From Eledone cirrhosa (lineage: Eukaryota): a stretch of DNA of 64,000 bases. Within the stretch, counting starts at the first letter, position 1. Each line of letters starts with the position of its first letter. Shown piece after piece: positions 37,783 through 51,329 of the stretch. The stretch covers positions 4,526,001-4,590,000 of the forward strand of contig OZ024751.1 in the NCBI GenBank assembly GCA_964016885.1, read 5' to 3'. The notes beneath the pieces were generated by a model that made no database searches, was not told the origin of the DNA, and saw only the letters and a program-made list of their open reading frames with translations. The translations under genes and the position numbers were made by a program.

Positions 37783-39123
37783 CATGGATTCCGTAATGGA
37801 AGGGATTGCCTGACGCAACTACTGCATCACTTTGATGACATTTTGAGAGCCTTGGGAGAGGGTTCCAACACTGATGTTATCTACCTTGATTTCAGCAAGG
37901 CCTTTGACAGGGTTGATCATAACATTCTACTGAGAAAGCTGTCCAATATTGGTGTCACTGGAAAGCTGCTGCAGTGGATCAAGAGCTTCCTGTCAAACAG
38001 AACCCAACATGTTGTAGTTGAGGGAGTCAAATCAAGCCCAGCCAAAGTCAGTAGTGGAGTCCCACAAGGCACTGTGTTGGGCCCACTTCTCTTCATCATC
38101 TATATTAATGACATCACTGACATCATCAAACACAGCAACATTAAAATTTTCGCTGATGATTCCAAGCTCCAAAAGGTCATCAATGGTGTGGATGACCGGA
38201 TAAGCCTTCAGTCAGACCTACTGGCTGTTACCCAATGGGCAGAAAAGAACAACATGTTACTGAACGAGGACAAATTCGAACTGATCCACTTTGGAAAAGA
38301 GGATGCTCTGAAACTCCCGTACTCCCTTCCCTCCGGGGAAACTCTCGTGGCATCTAACAACATCAGAGACTTGGGAGTAACCGTGGACAGCAACATAAGC
38401 TGGACCACGCATATAAGCAGCAAAGTTGACATGGCCCGCAGAATGTGTTCCTGGATCCTCAGAACCTTCCAGTCGAGAGATTCCCGCACCATTATCCTTC
38501 TCTTCTCTACTTTCGCCCGACCACACCTTGAATACTGTTGTCCACTGTGGTCTCCCCACACGAAACAAAGTATCATGAAACTTGAAGCTCCTCAAAGGGC
38601 AATCACGAAAAAGATAGATGGCATGTCAGACCTTGACTACTGGGGTCGACTAGAAAACCTGAAACTTTACTCACTCCAACGTCGCCGTGAGCGTTATATT
38701 ATCTGCATGATGTGGAAAATGTTCCATCATCACTGCCCAAATGATGTTGGCATCGCCTTCAAGATACACCCAAGGCTTGGGCCCCGTGCTATCTGTCCCA
38801 TTCAAAAATCTAAATCGCAACTCATAACAACAATACGGCACAATTATTTCACCTCAATCGGCCCTGCTCTCTTCAACATCACACCAGGACACGTCAAAAC
38901 AGAAACTGACCACTCAAAATTCAAGAAGTCTTTGGACAAATTCCTCCAAGTAATCCCGGACAAACCACCCACACCCGGATATGTCTCCGCAAACAGTAAT
39001 TCTCTTCTCGAATGGGCCATGGTGCCCAAATCCTGAATTGAAAGACTTTGCCAGGTGGTGCTATTAAGTTAGACATGGCCTGGGCCAATACTGGCCAAAA
39101 CATTTCAAAGTTATTCAAAGTTA
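37783..39123 (+). mobile_element. CR1-group LINE, 5'-truncated, remaining ORF open to 39036
   Basis: HGFRNGRD...FADD...[10 protein letters not shown]; same 3' end as other copies. Confidence 0.93.
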
Positions 39124-39128
39124 TATAC

Positions 39129-39159
<31 letters not shown>

Positions 39160-39382
39160 CATATATATACATATATATATACATGTATATATATACATAT
39201 ATATATATATACATATATATACATATACATACATATACATATATATACATATATATATACATGTATATATATATACATATATATATACATGTATATATAT
39301 ACATATATATACACATATATATACATGTATATATATATACATGTATATATATACATGTATATATATACATATATATATATAC

Positions 39383-39422
<40 letters not shown>

Positions 39423-39428
<6 letters not shown>

Positions 39429-40333
39429 ATAAATGCTCTGAAATAGCGATATATATGTGAATATAGACATAGAATATTCGAAAATATTCTGTATGTTTAT
39501 AATAAACATTTTGAAGACCTAATCGCTATAGAATAGAATACGTCACGTATTACAATTAGATTCTCGATAAAAGCAAGGGAAGTAATCTACGCGTTTCATT
39601 CTTATTAGAAATCTTCAGGATTACATATCCAGTGCTTTTATCGAGAATGACACAGCTAGAGACTTATAGAATACTTAGCTGTGTACAGGAACTGGTTTGA
39701 AAGAGCGGTTGCCGGTCCAGCAGAAATTAGAAATTGGAATAAATGCTCTGAAATAGCGATATATATGTGAATATAGACATAGAATATTCGAAAATATTCT
39801 GTATGTTTATAATAAACATTTTGAAGACCTAATGTCATTCTCGATAAAAGCACTGGATATGTAATCCTGAAGATTTCTAATAAGAATGAAACGCGTAGAT
39901 TACTTCCCTTGCTTTTATCGAGAATCTAATTGTAATACGTGACGTATTCTATTCTATAGCGATTAGGTCTTCAAAATGTTTATTATAAACATACAGAATA
40001 TTTTCGAATATTCTATGTCTATATTCACATATATATCGCTATTTCAGAGCATTTATTCCAATTTCTAATTTCTGCCGGACCGGCAACCGCTCTTTCAAAC
40101 CAGTTCCTGTACACAGCTAAGTATTCTATAAGTCTCTAGCTGTGTCATTCTCGATAAAAGCACTGGATATGTAATCCTGAAGATTTCTAATAAGAATGAA
40201 ACGCGTAGATTACTTCCCTTGCTTTTATCGAGAATCTAATTGTAATACGTGACGTATTCTATTCTATAGCGATTAGGTCTTCAAAATGTTTATTATAAAC
40301 ATACAGAATATTTTCGAATATTCTATGTCTATA

Positions 40334-40337
<4 letters not shown>
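39423..40337. repeat. 310-bp HHR-bearing monomers: ~1.3 copies minus then ~1.6 copies plus (retrozyme-like)
   Basis: Period 310 on both arms; HHR gtaatc CTGAAGA t-ttct-aata-agaa-t GAAA cgcg TA gattac at 39582-39624(-), 39861-39903(+), 40171-40213(+). Confidence 0.92.
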
Positions 40338-40380
<43 letters not shown>

Positions 40381-40385
<5 letters not shown>

Positions 40386-40572
40386 AACGAGTAGGACCTC
40401 GACGGCTGAGATCAAGCCGTTTCGACGGCTAATTCTGGACTGAATTAGCCGTCAAAACGGCTTCAGCTCAGCTGTCAGGGTCCTACTCGTTCCTATTACC
40501 CACTCTACTACTCTAAGTATTGAGTACTTTTGTGCGTTATGGTCCACTTGGTTCCTTACCACATTTCCTTCG

Positions 40573-40574
<2 letters not shown>
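40381..40574. mobile_element. ~190-bp hairpin element, copy 2
   Basis: Reverse complement of 35991-36182 with few substitutions. Confidence 0.8.
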
Positions 40575-40648
<74 letters not shown>

Positions 40649-40780
40649 ATACATATATACATATATATATACATATATATATACATATATATATATACAT
40701 ATATATATACATATATATATACATATATATATATACATATATATATATACATATATATATACATATATATATATACATAT

Positions 40781-41560
40781 AGTATAATATGTTGAGAAGG
40801 TAACACACCAGAGAGAGATATATAGCGCGTTATCAATAATACAGGGAAAAAACCACCAGTGTATGGAATCTATAACCTATGAAAGGCAGACTATAGACAC
40901 GATAATTAAAAATATAAATTAAAGCGTAAATAAATACCTCTATAACTATATAACACACGTACAAATCCAAAGATATGTTTCACCAGAAAATTTGTTGAAA
41001 GAAATAGTAGTCTCGGTTCATATTTCGCTCCTAACAACAGTCTTTCCTAACTCTGTTTGGTTGAGCACTCTTCTCTGAGTGGCTTTGGGCTGCCCTTTCT
41101 AGCAGTTCGTCTCTCAGAGGCCACTGGTTCACTGCCCTTAAACACGCTGTGACTTCTCTCTCCCACGTGTAGCTGGACAGTCAATTGTAAAATTCTGTTA
41201 GTGTTGTCTGAAATGTATAGCCTTACACACGCTGATGAACCGAGACTACCATTTCTTTCAACAAATTTTCTGGTGAAACATATCTTTGGATTTGTACGTG
41301 TGTTATATAGTTATAGAGGTATTCATTTACGCTTTAATTTATATTTTTAATTATCGTGTCTATAGTCTGCCTTTCATAGGTTATAGATTCCATACACTGG
41401 TGGTTTTTTCCCTGTATTATTGATAACGCGCTATATATCTCTCTCTGGTGTGTTACCTTCTCAACATATTATACTTTAAAGGGCTCAGGATCTCTTCCCC
41501 TTTGAGCACATTATTTACAGGGAATAACGACGGCCTATGCCTCCGTTAATTTATCGTGAT
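40781..41560. mobile_element. PLE-type pLTR fragment with ~240-bp inverted arms
   Basis: 40781-41021 is approximately the reverse complement of 41235-41475; HHR in the plus arm. Confidence 0.85.
41225..41303 (+). ncRNA. Type I hammerhead ribozyme with extended stem III
   Basis: acacacg CTGATGA acc..ggt GAAA catatc-tttg-gatttg TA cgtgtgt. Confidence 0.85.
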
Positions 41561-41696
41561 ATATATACATATATAGATATATATATATACATATACATAT
41601 ATATATATACATATATATATACACATATATATATATATACATATATATATACACATATGTATATATACATATATATATACACATATATATATATAC

Positions 41697-41745
<49 letters not shown>

Positions 41746-41771
41746 TATATATACATATATATATATACATG

Positions 41772-41855
<84 letters not shown>

Positions 41856-41934
41856 TATATACACATATATATATATATATACACATATATATATACACAT
41901 ATATATATATATATACACATATATATATATATAC

Positions 41935-41965
<31 letters not shown>

Positions 41966-41976
41966 CATATATATAC

Positions 41977-42922
41977 ATCATCATCATCATCATCATCAAC
42001 GTTTAACGTCCGTGTTCCACGCTTGCATGGGTTTGGACGGGGGTAGTCCCACTTGAGGCAAGAGTGATTGTCTTGCTCGCATAGGACTGTCTGGCAGGTT
42101 TTCTACAGTTGGATGCCCTTCCTAACACCAACCACATTTACAGTGTGGGTCTGGGAGGTTTTTACCGTGTTGCCTACACGGCCACATTACAGCGTGGACT
42201 GTGTGTTTTTTTGTCGTGACACCTACACGATCTCATTTGTTTCGGCCTCGATGGCGCGGCACCAACATAACTTTACATAGAACGGGGTGGTGTGGATGGG
42301 GTGGGGGTGGTGGTGGTGGGACGGGGTGTATTTTGTTAGAGATGCCTACTGGCTGGAGTAGGTTTTACTATATATTTAGGTAAGGCGGGTCTTCTCTGTT
42401 ACTGAGTACCGCCAAAGGTCTCGGTCCAGTGACATTGTCTTGGAGAGGTGTAAGTGTGTGATGTCGGAGTTTATCAGCTCGTCCCAGGTTTTTCTAGGTC
42501 TGCCTATTCCGTGACTACCGTCTATCTTTATTGCCCTGCACTTTGTTATACAGCTATCGACTTTCATGCGCATCACGTGTCCATACCAACGTAGCCTTCT
42601 CTCGAGTAAACAACATCTGATCCCTCTTATCTCTAATTTTTTCCTTAGTTCGTTTATGCTTTGCCGTTCACGTATATTACTGTTACACATCCAGCGGAGC
42701 ATGCAAGCTTCGTTCCTCTCTAGTCTGCGTATATCCTCTGCACACAATGCCCAGGTCTCACTGCCATGCAGCATTGCTGTTCGTATGCAGGCATCGTACA
42801 ACCTGCCTTTCATTTTTAGGGAGAACCCTTTAGCAGCTAATAGTGGTATAAGCTCTCTGAACTTTTTCCAACCAGTTCTGACTCTAGCTACAGTACTTTC
42901 AGAGCACCCTCCCCCACTGCTG
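41977..42922 (-). mobile_element. RTE family B, 5'-truncated
   Basis: [18 protein letters not shown]...[11 protein letters not shown]; (TGA)n tail. Confidence 0.92.
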
Positions 42923-42926
42923 AACA

Positions 42927-42978
<52 letters not shown>

Positions 42979-42990
42979 CATATATATATA

Positions 42991-43158
42991 CATGGACACA
43001 CTAGAAGAGGAAGACCAAGGTTAACATATGTTGATGCCCTAAGGACAGACACTGGTCTGTTGGAGATGCAGGATATGGCAGCGATAATGAGGGACAGAGA
43101 CCGCTGGAGAGAACTCGTCCATGGATCTCGGGAATTTTACCCGCCTTAGATGTAGAGA
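42991..43158 (+). mobile_element. 3' end of RTE-like family D
   Basis: Reverse complement of ~34915-35074. Confidence 0.9.
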
Positions 43159-43160
43159 TA

Positions 43161-43194
<34 letters not shown>

Positions 43195-43195
43195 C

Positions 43196-43226
<31 letters not shown>

Positions 43227-43460
43227 CATATATATTTATTCAGGTTTGAGGTTCACTACTGTATAGAGCTGGTCTATTCCGTATGGTCAATCGTAATGCA
43301 ATAATATAGAGAGTACTCAACGTAAAGCAGTTCAACCGTCTTTGTTTTTGTAGTTGGTGGTGAAATGATCATAGTATAATAAACCTTTCAAGGATTTACA
43401 CAAATCCAGCCTCCTGTCATTTCATTATAATATTATATACATATATATATATATATATAT

Positions 43461-43606
43461 ACAACGAAGGAAATGTGGTAAGGAACCAGGTGGACCATAA
43501 CGCACCAAAGTACTCAATACTTAGGGTAGTAGAGTGGGTAATAGGAACCAGTAAGACCCCGACAGCTGAGTTCAAGCCGTTTCGACGGCTTGAGCTCAGC
43601 CGTCGA
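43461..43606. mobile_element. Hairpin element copy 3 (shortened stem), fused to RTE-B 5' end
   Basis: Same tail as 35991; stem cgacagctgagttcaagccgt-ttcg-acggcttgagctcagccgtcg. Confidence 0.75.
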
Positions 43607-43608
43607 AA

Positions 43609-45563
43609 GGGTGACACACCATGGTCACCCGGATAGTCAACCAAGTCATACAGAATGGGGTTGTTCCGAAGGACTGGCGTAGCAGCATTATCGTTAACTG
43701 TTATAAGGGTAAAGGAGACGCCCTAGATAGGAGTAACTCTATAGAAGCATTAAATTAATCGACCAGGTCATGAAGGTCACGGAAAAAGTAATAGCGCAAC
43801 TAATCAGAGAGCGAATTGATCTAGATGAAATGCAGATCGGGTTTGTGTCAGGAAAAAGTACCACAGACGCTCTTTTCATTTTACGACAACTACAGGAGAA
43901 GTACCTAGCTAAAAGTAAACCCCTATACTTAGCTTTCGTCGACTTGGAGAAGGCCTTCGACAGAGTCCCCCGTTCCATTATCTGGTGGGCTCTTAGAAAA
44001 CTAGGTGTTGATGAATGGCTTGTGAGAGCTATACAAGCCATGTATAAAGAAACAGTCAGCAAGGTTAGAATTAACAACGAATATAGTGAAGAGTTTAGTG
44101 TAAAAGTTGGTGTTCATCAGGGCTCTGTTCTTAGCCCGTTACTACTTATTATTGCCCTCCAGGCTATAACAGTGGAGTTCAAGACCGGCTGCCAATGGGA
44201 ACTCCTATACGCAGATGATCTAACGCTCATAGCTGAATCAATGGCCGAGCTAGAGAAGAAATTCCAAACATGGAAGCACGGCCTAGAATCAAAAGGCCTT
44301 AAAATTAACCTGGCTAAGACTAAAGTTCTAGTTTGTAAGAAAGAAAATAAGGCGGCGGTCCCCTCCGGGAAGTGGCCATGCGCAGAGTGTAGGAAAGGCG
44401 TAGGTAGAAATTCCATTTTGTGTCCCAAATGCAAAGTATGGGTGCATAAAAGATGTAGTGGGATCACAGGTAAGCTAACTAAGAACATAGATTTTACATG
44501 TGGCCGGTGTTCTGGGGCAATAAGTAGCAGCAAGTGCCCACAAAATACTAGCTCTTTCAACTGCGCAGAGGGTTCTATAGAAATAGTGGACAGCTTCCGT
44601 TACCTGGGTGACAAAATCAGCAGTGGGGGAGGGTGCTCTGAAAGTACAGTAGCTAGAGTCAGAACTGGGTGGAAAAAGTTCAGAGAGCTTATACCACTAT
44701 TAGCCGCTAAAGGGTTCTCCCTAAAAATGAAAGGCAGGCTGTACGATGCCTGCATACGAACAGCAATGTTGCATGGCAGTGAGACCTGGGCATTGTGTGC
44801 AGAGGATATACGCAGACTAGAGAGAAACGAAGCTTGCATGCTCTGCTGGATGTGTAATAGTAATATACGTGAACGACAAAGCATAAACGAACTAAGGAAA
44901 AAATTAGAAATAAGAGGGATCAGATGTTGTTTACTAGAGAGAAGGCTACGTTGGTATGGTCACGTGATGCGCATGAAGGACGATAGCTGTATAATAAAGT
45001 GTAGGGCAATAAAGATAGACGGTAGCCACGGAATAGGCAGACCTAGAAAAACCTGGGACGAGCTGATAAACTCCGACCTCACACACTTACACCTCACCAA
45101 GACAATGTCACTGGACCGAGACCTTTGGCGGTACTCAGTAATAGAGAAGACCCGCCTTACCTAAATACAAAGTAAAACCTACTACAGTCAGTAGGCATCT
45201 ATAACAAAATACACCCCCGTCCCACCACCCCCACCCCATCCACACCGCCCCCTTCTATGTAAAGTTATGTTGGTGCCACACCATCCAGTCCGAAACAAAT
45301 GAGATCGTGTAGGTGTCACGACAAAAAAACACACAGTCCACGCTGTAATGTGGCCATGTAGGCAACACGGTAAAAACCTCCCAGACCCACACTGTAAATG
45401 TGGTTGGTGTTAGGAAGGGCATCCAACTGTAGAAAACCTGCCAGACAGTCCTATGCGAGCAAGACAATCACTCTTGCCTCAAGTGGGAAAACCCCCGTCC
45501 AAACCCATGCAAGCGTGGAACACGGACGTTAAACGTTGATGATGATGATGATGATGATGATGA
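43609..45563 (+). mobile_element. RTE family B, RT + PHD-type finger, 5'-truncated
   Basis: ORF 43770-45164 with FVDLEKAFD, LLYADD, CAEC..CPKC..HKRC..CGRC; (TGA)n tail. Confidence 0.93.
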
Positions 45564-45584
45564 TATATATACATATATATATAC

Positions 45585-46165
45585 ACACGCACACACACAC
45601 ACACGCAAACGAGACAACTACACACACACACGCACACACACATTGTAGCATTCCACCATACGAACATACAACACTGCCAATACAGATGAACAAGGCAACA
45701 ACACACACACACACATACACACTCAAGCGAGACAACAACACACGCACACACACAGTAACATCTAACAAACAGGCAGAGAATGGACTGACAGCTAGCGCCA
45801 TCCCACTCCCTCATTCGGCCGCTGACCTCTGTACGACCGACCCCATTTCACGCGCACGCGCGCTCTGCCGAATACCTCAGATATTCAACCTTTTCCCCCA
45901 CCCCGGAAAAAACCCCCAGTTGATGGATGTGAATCCGAAATTTATAGGGACTATTAAATCTCTGCCAAGGTAACTCTCTCTTGTGTTGTTATTTTTATTT
46001 TTATCCTTTTACTCTTCCCTTCATTCTACACAGCTCACACATCTTATACACACCACGCATCTCAACGTACACCCACTTACATCTCTCTCTCCACCACCGG
46101 ACCTTGTTACCCGGAGATTTACCCATTTGCATTGTCGAGGCTTCCAAACGACTTAAAGATATTTA
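45585..46165 (+). mobile_element. PLE-type pLTR fragment with degenerate HHR (45914-45949)
   Basis: ccc CAGTTGA t-ggat-gtga-atcc GAAA ttta TA ggg; core has two changes from CTGATGA. Confidence 0.5.
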
Positions 46166-46324
46166 CATATATACATATGTATATATATATACATATGTAT
46201 ATATGTATACATATATATACATATATACATATATATATATATACGTATATATATATACATATATATATCCATATGTATATATATATACATATATATATAT
46301 ACATACATACATATATATACATAT

Positions 46325-46670
46325 ATCATCATCATCATCATCATTTTACGTCCGCTTTTCCCTGCTTGCAAGGGTGGGACGGGTCTTATTCAGCACAGCA
46401 ACTCTCCACTCGTCACGGTCCCTCGTCATCTCCACCGTGAGCTTCAATGATCTGAGGTCTGTTCTCACCACCTCCGCCCATGTTTTTCGTGGTCTACCTC
46501 TACCACGTCTTCCTTCAACTGGCATTTCCTGGCACTTCTTCACACATCGGTCATCCTCCATGCGCATCATATGTCCATACCACCTCAGTCTCCTCTCCCG
46601 TACACTACATTCTATCCCTCTCAGACACAGTTTCTCTCTCAACACATTTATGCTGGGTCGTTCACGCACA
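46325..46670 (-). mobile_element. RTE family C 3' fragment
   Basis: [19 protein letters not shown]; (TGA)n tail. Confidence 0.88.
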
Positions 46671-46686
46671 TTATATATATATATAC

Positions 46687-46785
46687 ATAATATATTATTT
46701 ATACTCCAGTCCTACAAACTGTAGAGTGCTACTTATCCGATATCTGCATTGCTTTATTGTACTACAAAAAATCTCACCTCCTACA
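46687..46785 (+). mobile_element. 3' fragment of the ~258-nt HHR element
   Basis: atactccagtcctacaaactgtagagtgct...ctcacctcctacata matches 56354-56440. Confidence 0.85.
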
Positions 46786-46822
46786 TATATATATACATAT
46801 ATATATATATACATATATATAT

Positions 46823-46869
<47 letters not shown>

Positions 46870-47096
46870 CATATATATATATACATATACATATATATAT
46901 ATATACATATACATATACATATATATACATATTTATACATATATATATATATACATATATATATACATATATATATATATACATATATATATACATATAT
47001 ATATACATATATATATATACATATACATATATATATATACATATATATATACATATAAATATATATATATACATATATATATACATATACATATAC

Positions 47097-47143
<47 letters not shown>

Positions 47144-47159
47144 TAAGTATGTATACATA

Positions 47160-47450
47160 ATAATCTTGAAACTAGTACATTGTTCCTTTGTCAGTGTTGA
47201 ACAAAAGGGCAACGATGGTTGCTAAACACTGTACGGCTTAATTCGGGATGTTTGTTTACAAACAAACACTATAATAAATGTTCGGTAAATCGATACATAT
47301 CTATATGTATGCATGTATGTATATATATACATACTATTGTACGTCTGTATACATATATGTATGTACGTATACATACTTATATTTAAGTAACAGCCGTACT
47401 AAGAGTGAGAAATGAAATTTCGTTTTATTTTTTCCATTTATATATATATA
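47160..47450 (+). mobile_element. Distant, 5'-truncated relative of the 467-bp HHR family
   Basis: GAAActagTAcattgttcctttgtc versus GAAActagTTcaatgttccttgtc; similar gtgag..aaatgaaa..tttcgttt end. Confidence 0.5.
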
Positions 47451-47535
47451 AATATATATATATATATACATATATATACATATATATACATATATATATA
47501 TATACATATATATACATATATACACATATATATAC

Positions 47536-47567
<32 letters not shown>

Positions 47568-47763
47568 GCATATATATACATATATATGCATATATATACA
47601 TATATATATATGCATATATATATATATACATATATATATATACATATATATATATATACATATATACATATATACATATATACATATACATATATATACA
47701 CATATATATATATGTACATATATATATATACATATATATATATATATGCATATTTATATATAC

Positions 47764-47808
<45 letters not shown>

Positions 47809-47828
47809 CATACATATATATACATATA

Positions 47829-47985
47829 TCATCATCATCATCATCATCATCGTTTAACGTCCATATTCCACGCTTGCATGGGTTTGAACAGGAGTTTTCC
47901 CACTTGAGGCAAGAGTGGTTGTCTTGCTTGCATAGGACTGTCTGGCGGGTTTTCTACAGCTGGATGCCCTTCCTAACACCAACCA
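47829..47985 (-). mobile_element. RTE-B-like 3' UTR fragment
   Basis: Similar to 41977-42134; (TGA)n tail. Confidence 0.85.
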
Positions 47986-48147
47986 TATATACATATACAT
48001 ATATATACATATATATATATATATACACATATATATACATATATATATATACATATATATACATATATATATACACATATATATATATACATATATATAC
48101 ATATATATATACACATATATATATATACATATATATGTACATACATA

Positions 48148-48600
48148 TATGGTGGCTGCCAACTCGTTTTCGAGTACGGCCACTACTTTATATCCATATA
48201 GGAGAACCCCTACCGATGCGCTGAACGAGTGACTTTTTAGTCCAGCCAGCGACTTGAAAACTCTGGTACAAACACTACACTTGTGACAATTATTGACACG
48301 TAGTGCTGGGCCCATGGTACCATGTGACGACAAGTGCAGAGAGATCTCCAGATATAAAGCAATGCCTGTGCCGTGAAGCTTTTATAGTGAGCAAAGGCAC
48401 TGCACAAAGCCAGTCCCACTCTCTTAACCAAGATGATATTTACCAAAAAGAAGAACAAGTCAACATCATTGGATACCATCAGGGTTGCAGGTGTTATATC
48501 AGAGTTTTCCTTCTCCTAGAATTCTGCCTTGACAAAGGCTAAAGGGTCATCTCTCCCAGTGATTTTGGATGGCCATTGACTCTTAAGAGCTCCTTTGCCC
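48148..48600 (-). mobile_element. Bipartite RTE-derived element, copy 2 (5'-truncated)
   Basis: Near-identical to 10688-11140. Confidence 0.85.
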
Positions 48601-48629
48601 TATATATATACAAACATATATATACAATA

Positions 48630-48661
<32 letters not shown>

Positions 48662-49038
48662 CATATATATACATATATATACACATATATATACATATAT
48701 ATATACACATATATATACATATATATATATACATATATATATATACACATATATATACATATATATACATATATACACATATATATATATACATACATAT
48801 ATATATACCTATATATATGTACATATATATATATACTTATATATACCTATATATATATACATATATATATATACATATATATACCTATATATATATACCT
48901 ATATATATATACAGATATATATATACATATATATACCTATATATATACATATATATACCTATATACATATATATACCTATATATATATATACCTATATAT
49001 AAATACACATATATATATACCTATATATATATATACAC

Positions 49039-49073
<35 letters not shown>

Positions 49074-49168
49074 CATATATATACTATATATATATATTCC
49101 TTTTATATACCTATATATATATATACCTATATATATATACACATATATACCTATATATATACCTATAT

Positions 49169-49287
49169 GAAGGCGTGTGGCTGAGTGGTTAGAGAATTGG
49201 ATTCGCAATCGTAAGGTTGTGAGTTCGATTCCTGGACCAGGCGATGCGTTATGTCCTTGAGCAAGACACTTTATTTCACGTTGCTCC
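49169..49287 (+). mobile_element. tRNA-derived SINE 5' part
   Basis: A box TGGCTGAGTGG, B box GTTCGATTCC, followed by gtccttgagcaagacact. Confidence 0.85.
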
Positions 49288-49479
49288 TTCTACCTGGAGT
49301 TGCGACCGATAGATAGTATTAGCAATTGGAAAGACCAACGGAAACATTGTTCCCTCAGTCCGATTTGACGAAAGTCGATCGTCCTTTATTATATATACCT
49401 ATATATATATACACACATATATATATATACATATATATATATACATATATATATATATACACATATATATATATACACA

Positions 49480-49524
<45 letters not shown>

Positions 49525-49540
49525 ATATATATATATACAC

Positions 49541-49573
<33 letters not shown>

Positions 49574-49576
49574 TAA

Positions 49577-49623
<47 letters not shown>

Positions 49624-49654
49624 TATATATATATACACATATATAAATATATCC

Positions 49655-49685
<31 letters not shown>

Positions 49686-49704
49686 TATATACAAATATAT
49701 ATAC

Positions 49705-49737
<33 letters not shown>

Positions 49738-49816
49738 CACATATATAAATATATACATATATAAATATATACATATATATATATATACATATATATATAC
49801 ATATATATATACACAT

Positions 49817-49850
<34 letters not shown>

Positions 49851-50364
49851 ATATATATACATATATATACACACATATATATACATATATATATACACAT
49901 ATATATACATATATATATACATATATATATACATATATATATACATATATATATACATATATATACATACATATATATACATATATATATACACATATAT
50001 ATATACATATATATATACACATATATATATATACATATATACACATATATATATATACATATATATACCTATATATATATACATATATATACCTATATAT
50101 ATATATATACATATATATATATACATATATATACCTATATATATATACATATATATACCTATATATATATACATATATATATACATATATATACCTATAT
50201 ACATATATATACATATATATACCTATATATATATACACATATATACCTATATATATATGCCTATATATATATACACACACATATATACATATATGTATAT
50301 ATACACATATATATATATACATATATATATATACACATATATATATATACATATATATATACAC

Positions 50365-50395
<31 letters not shown>

Positions 50396-50426
50396 CATAT
50401 ATATATATATACATATATATATATAC

Positions 50427-50457
<31 letters not shown>

Positions 50458-50491
50458 CATATATATATATACATATATAAATATATATACA

Positions 50492-50553
<62 letters not shown>

Positions 50554-50578
50554 CATACATATACATATATACATACAT

Positions 50579-50642
<64 letters not shown>

Positions 50643-50649
<7 letters not shown>

Positions 50650-50820
50650 TGAGATTCTACAGGACTAGAACTGTTTCATTCATTAGAAATCATCATTCAT
50701 TTCTAATGAATGAAACAGTTCTAGTCCTGTAGAATCTCATCTATATTAAAACTGTTATACTCTGCTATGTATTGAGTACCTTACTTACTGTGGTTACCTC
50801 CGATTCAACCCGGAATAACG

Positions 50821-50824
<4 letters not shown>
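50643..50824. mobile_element. Short fold-back fragment (48-bp arms 50643-50690/50699-50746) with possible 3' half of an HHR
   Basis: attcatt-tct-aatgaat GAAA cag TT ctag; related fragment at ~32810-32862. Confidence 0.65.
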
Positions 50825-50862
<38 letters not shown>

Positions 50863-50864
<2 letters not shown>

Positions 50865-51192
50865 GCGGCGATGAATTAGTTCAGTGAGGTTTTTTATATG
50901 AAATCGTGTGTCGAAACAGATATTGTTATACTTGGGGAGGGTCATATTTGCGTAATATTGCCAGAATTAATAACAGAACACACTCACTGTTTGGTTGGTT
51001 TTCGCTTCTCGCTGTCTTTTATATCTGCGATCTAACTTACTCGGTCCTCAATGTTGCCATTGACTGACCGAGTAAGTTAGATCGCAGATATAAAAGACAG
51101 CGAGAAGCGAAAACCAACCAAACAGTGAGTGTGTTCTGTTATTAATTCTGGCAATATTACGCAAATATGACCCTCCCCAGGTATAACAATAT
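50863..51192. mobile_element. Fold-back pLTR-end fragment (127-bp arms 50920-51046/51066-51192)
   Basis: Ends in atgaccctcccca(g/a)gtataacaa like the PLE-1 terminus at ~31470-31492; further fragment at 55586-55668. Confidence 0.75.
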
Positions 51193-51256
51193 ATATACAT
51201 ATATATACATATATATATATACATACATATACATACATATATATACATACATAATC

Positions 51257-51287
<31 letters not shown>

Positions 51288-51329
51288 CATATATATACAT
51301 ACATATATGAACATATATATACATACATA

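Noticed and set aside
49169-49245. tRNA gene
   Set aside because: Has A/B boxes but no clean acceptor stem, and it continues into SINE body sequence shared with 32879
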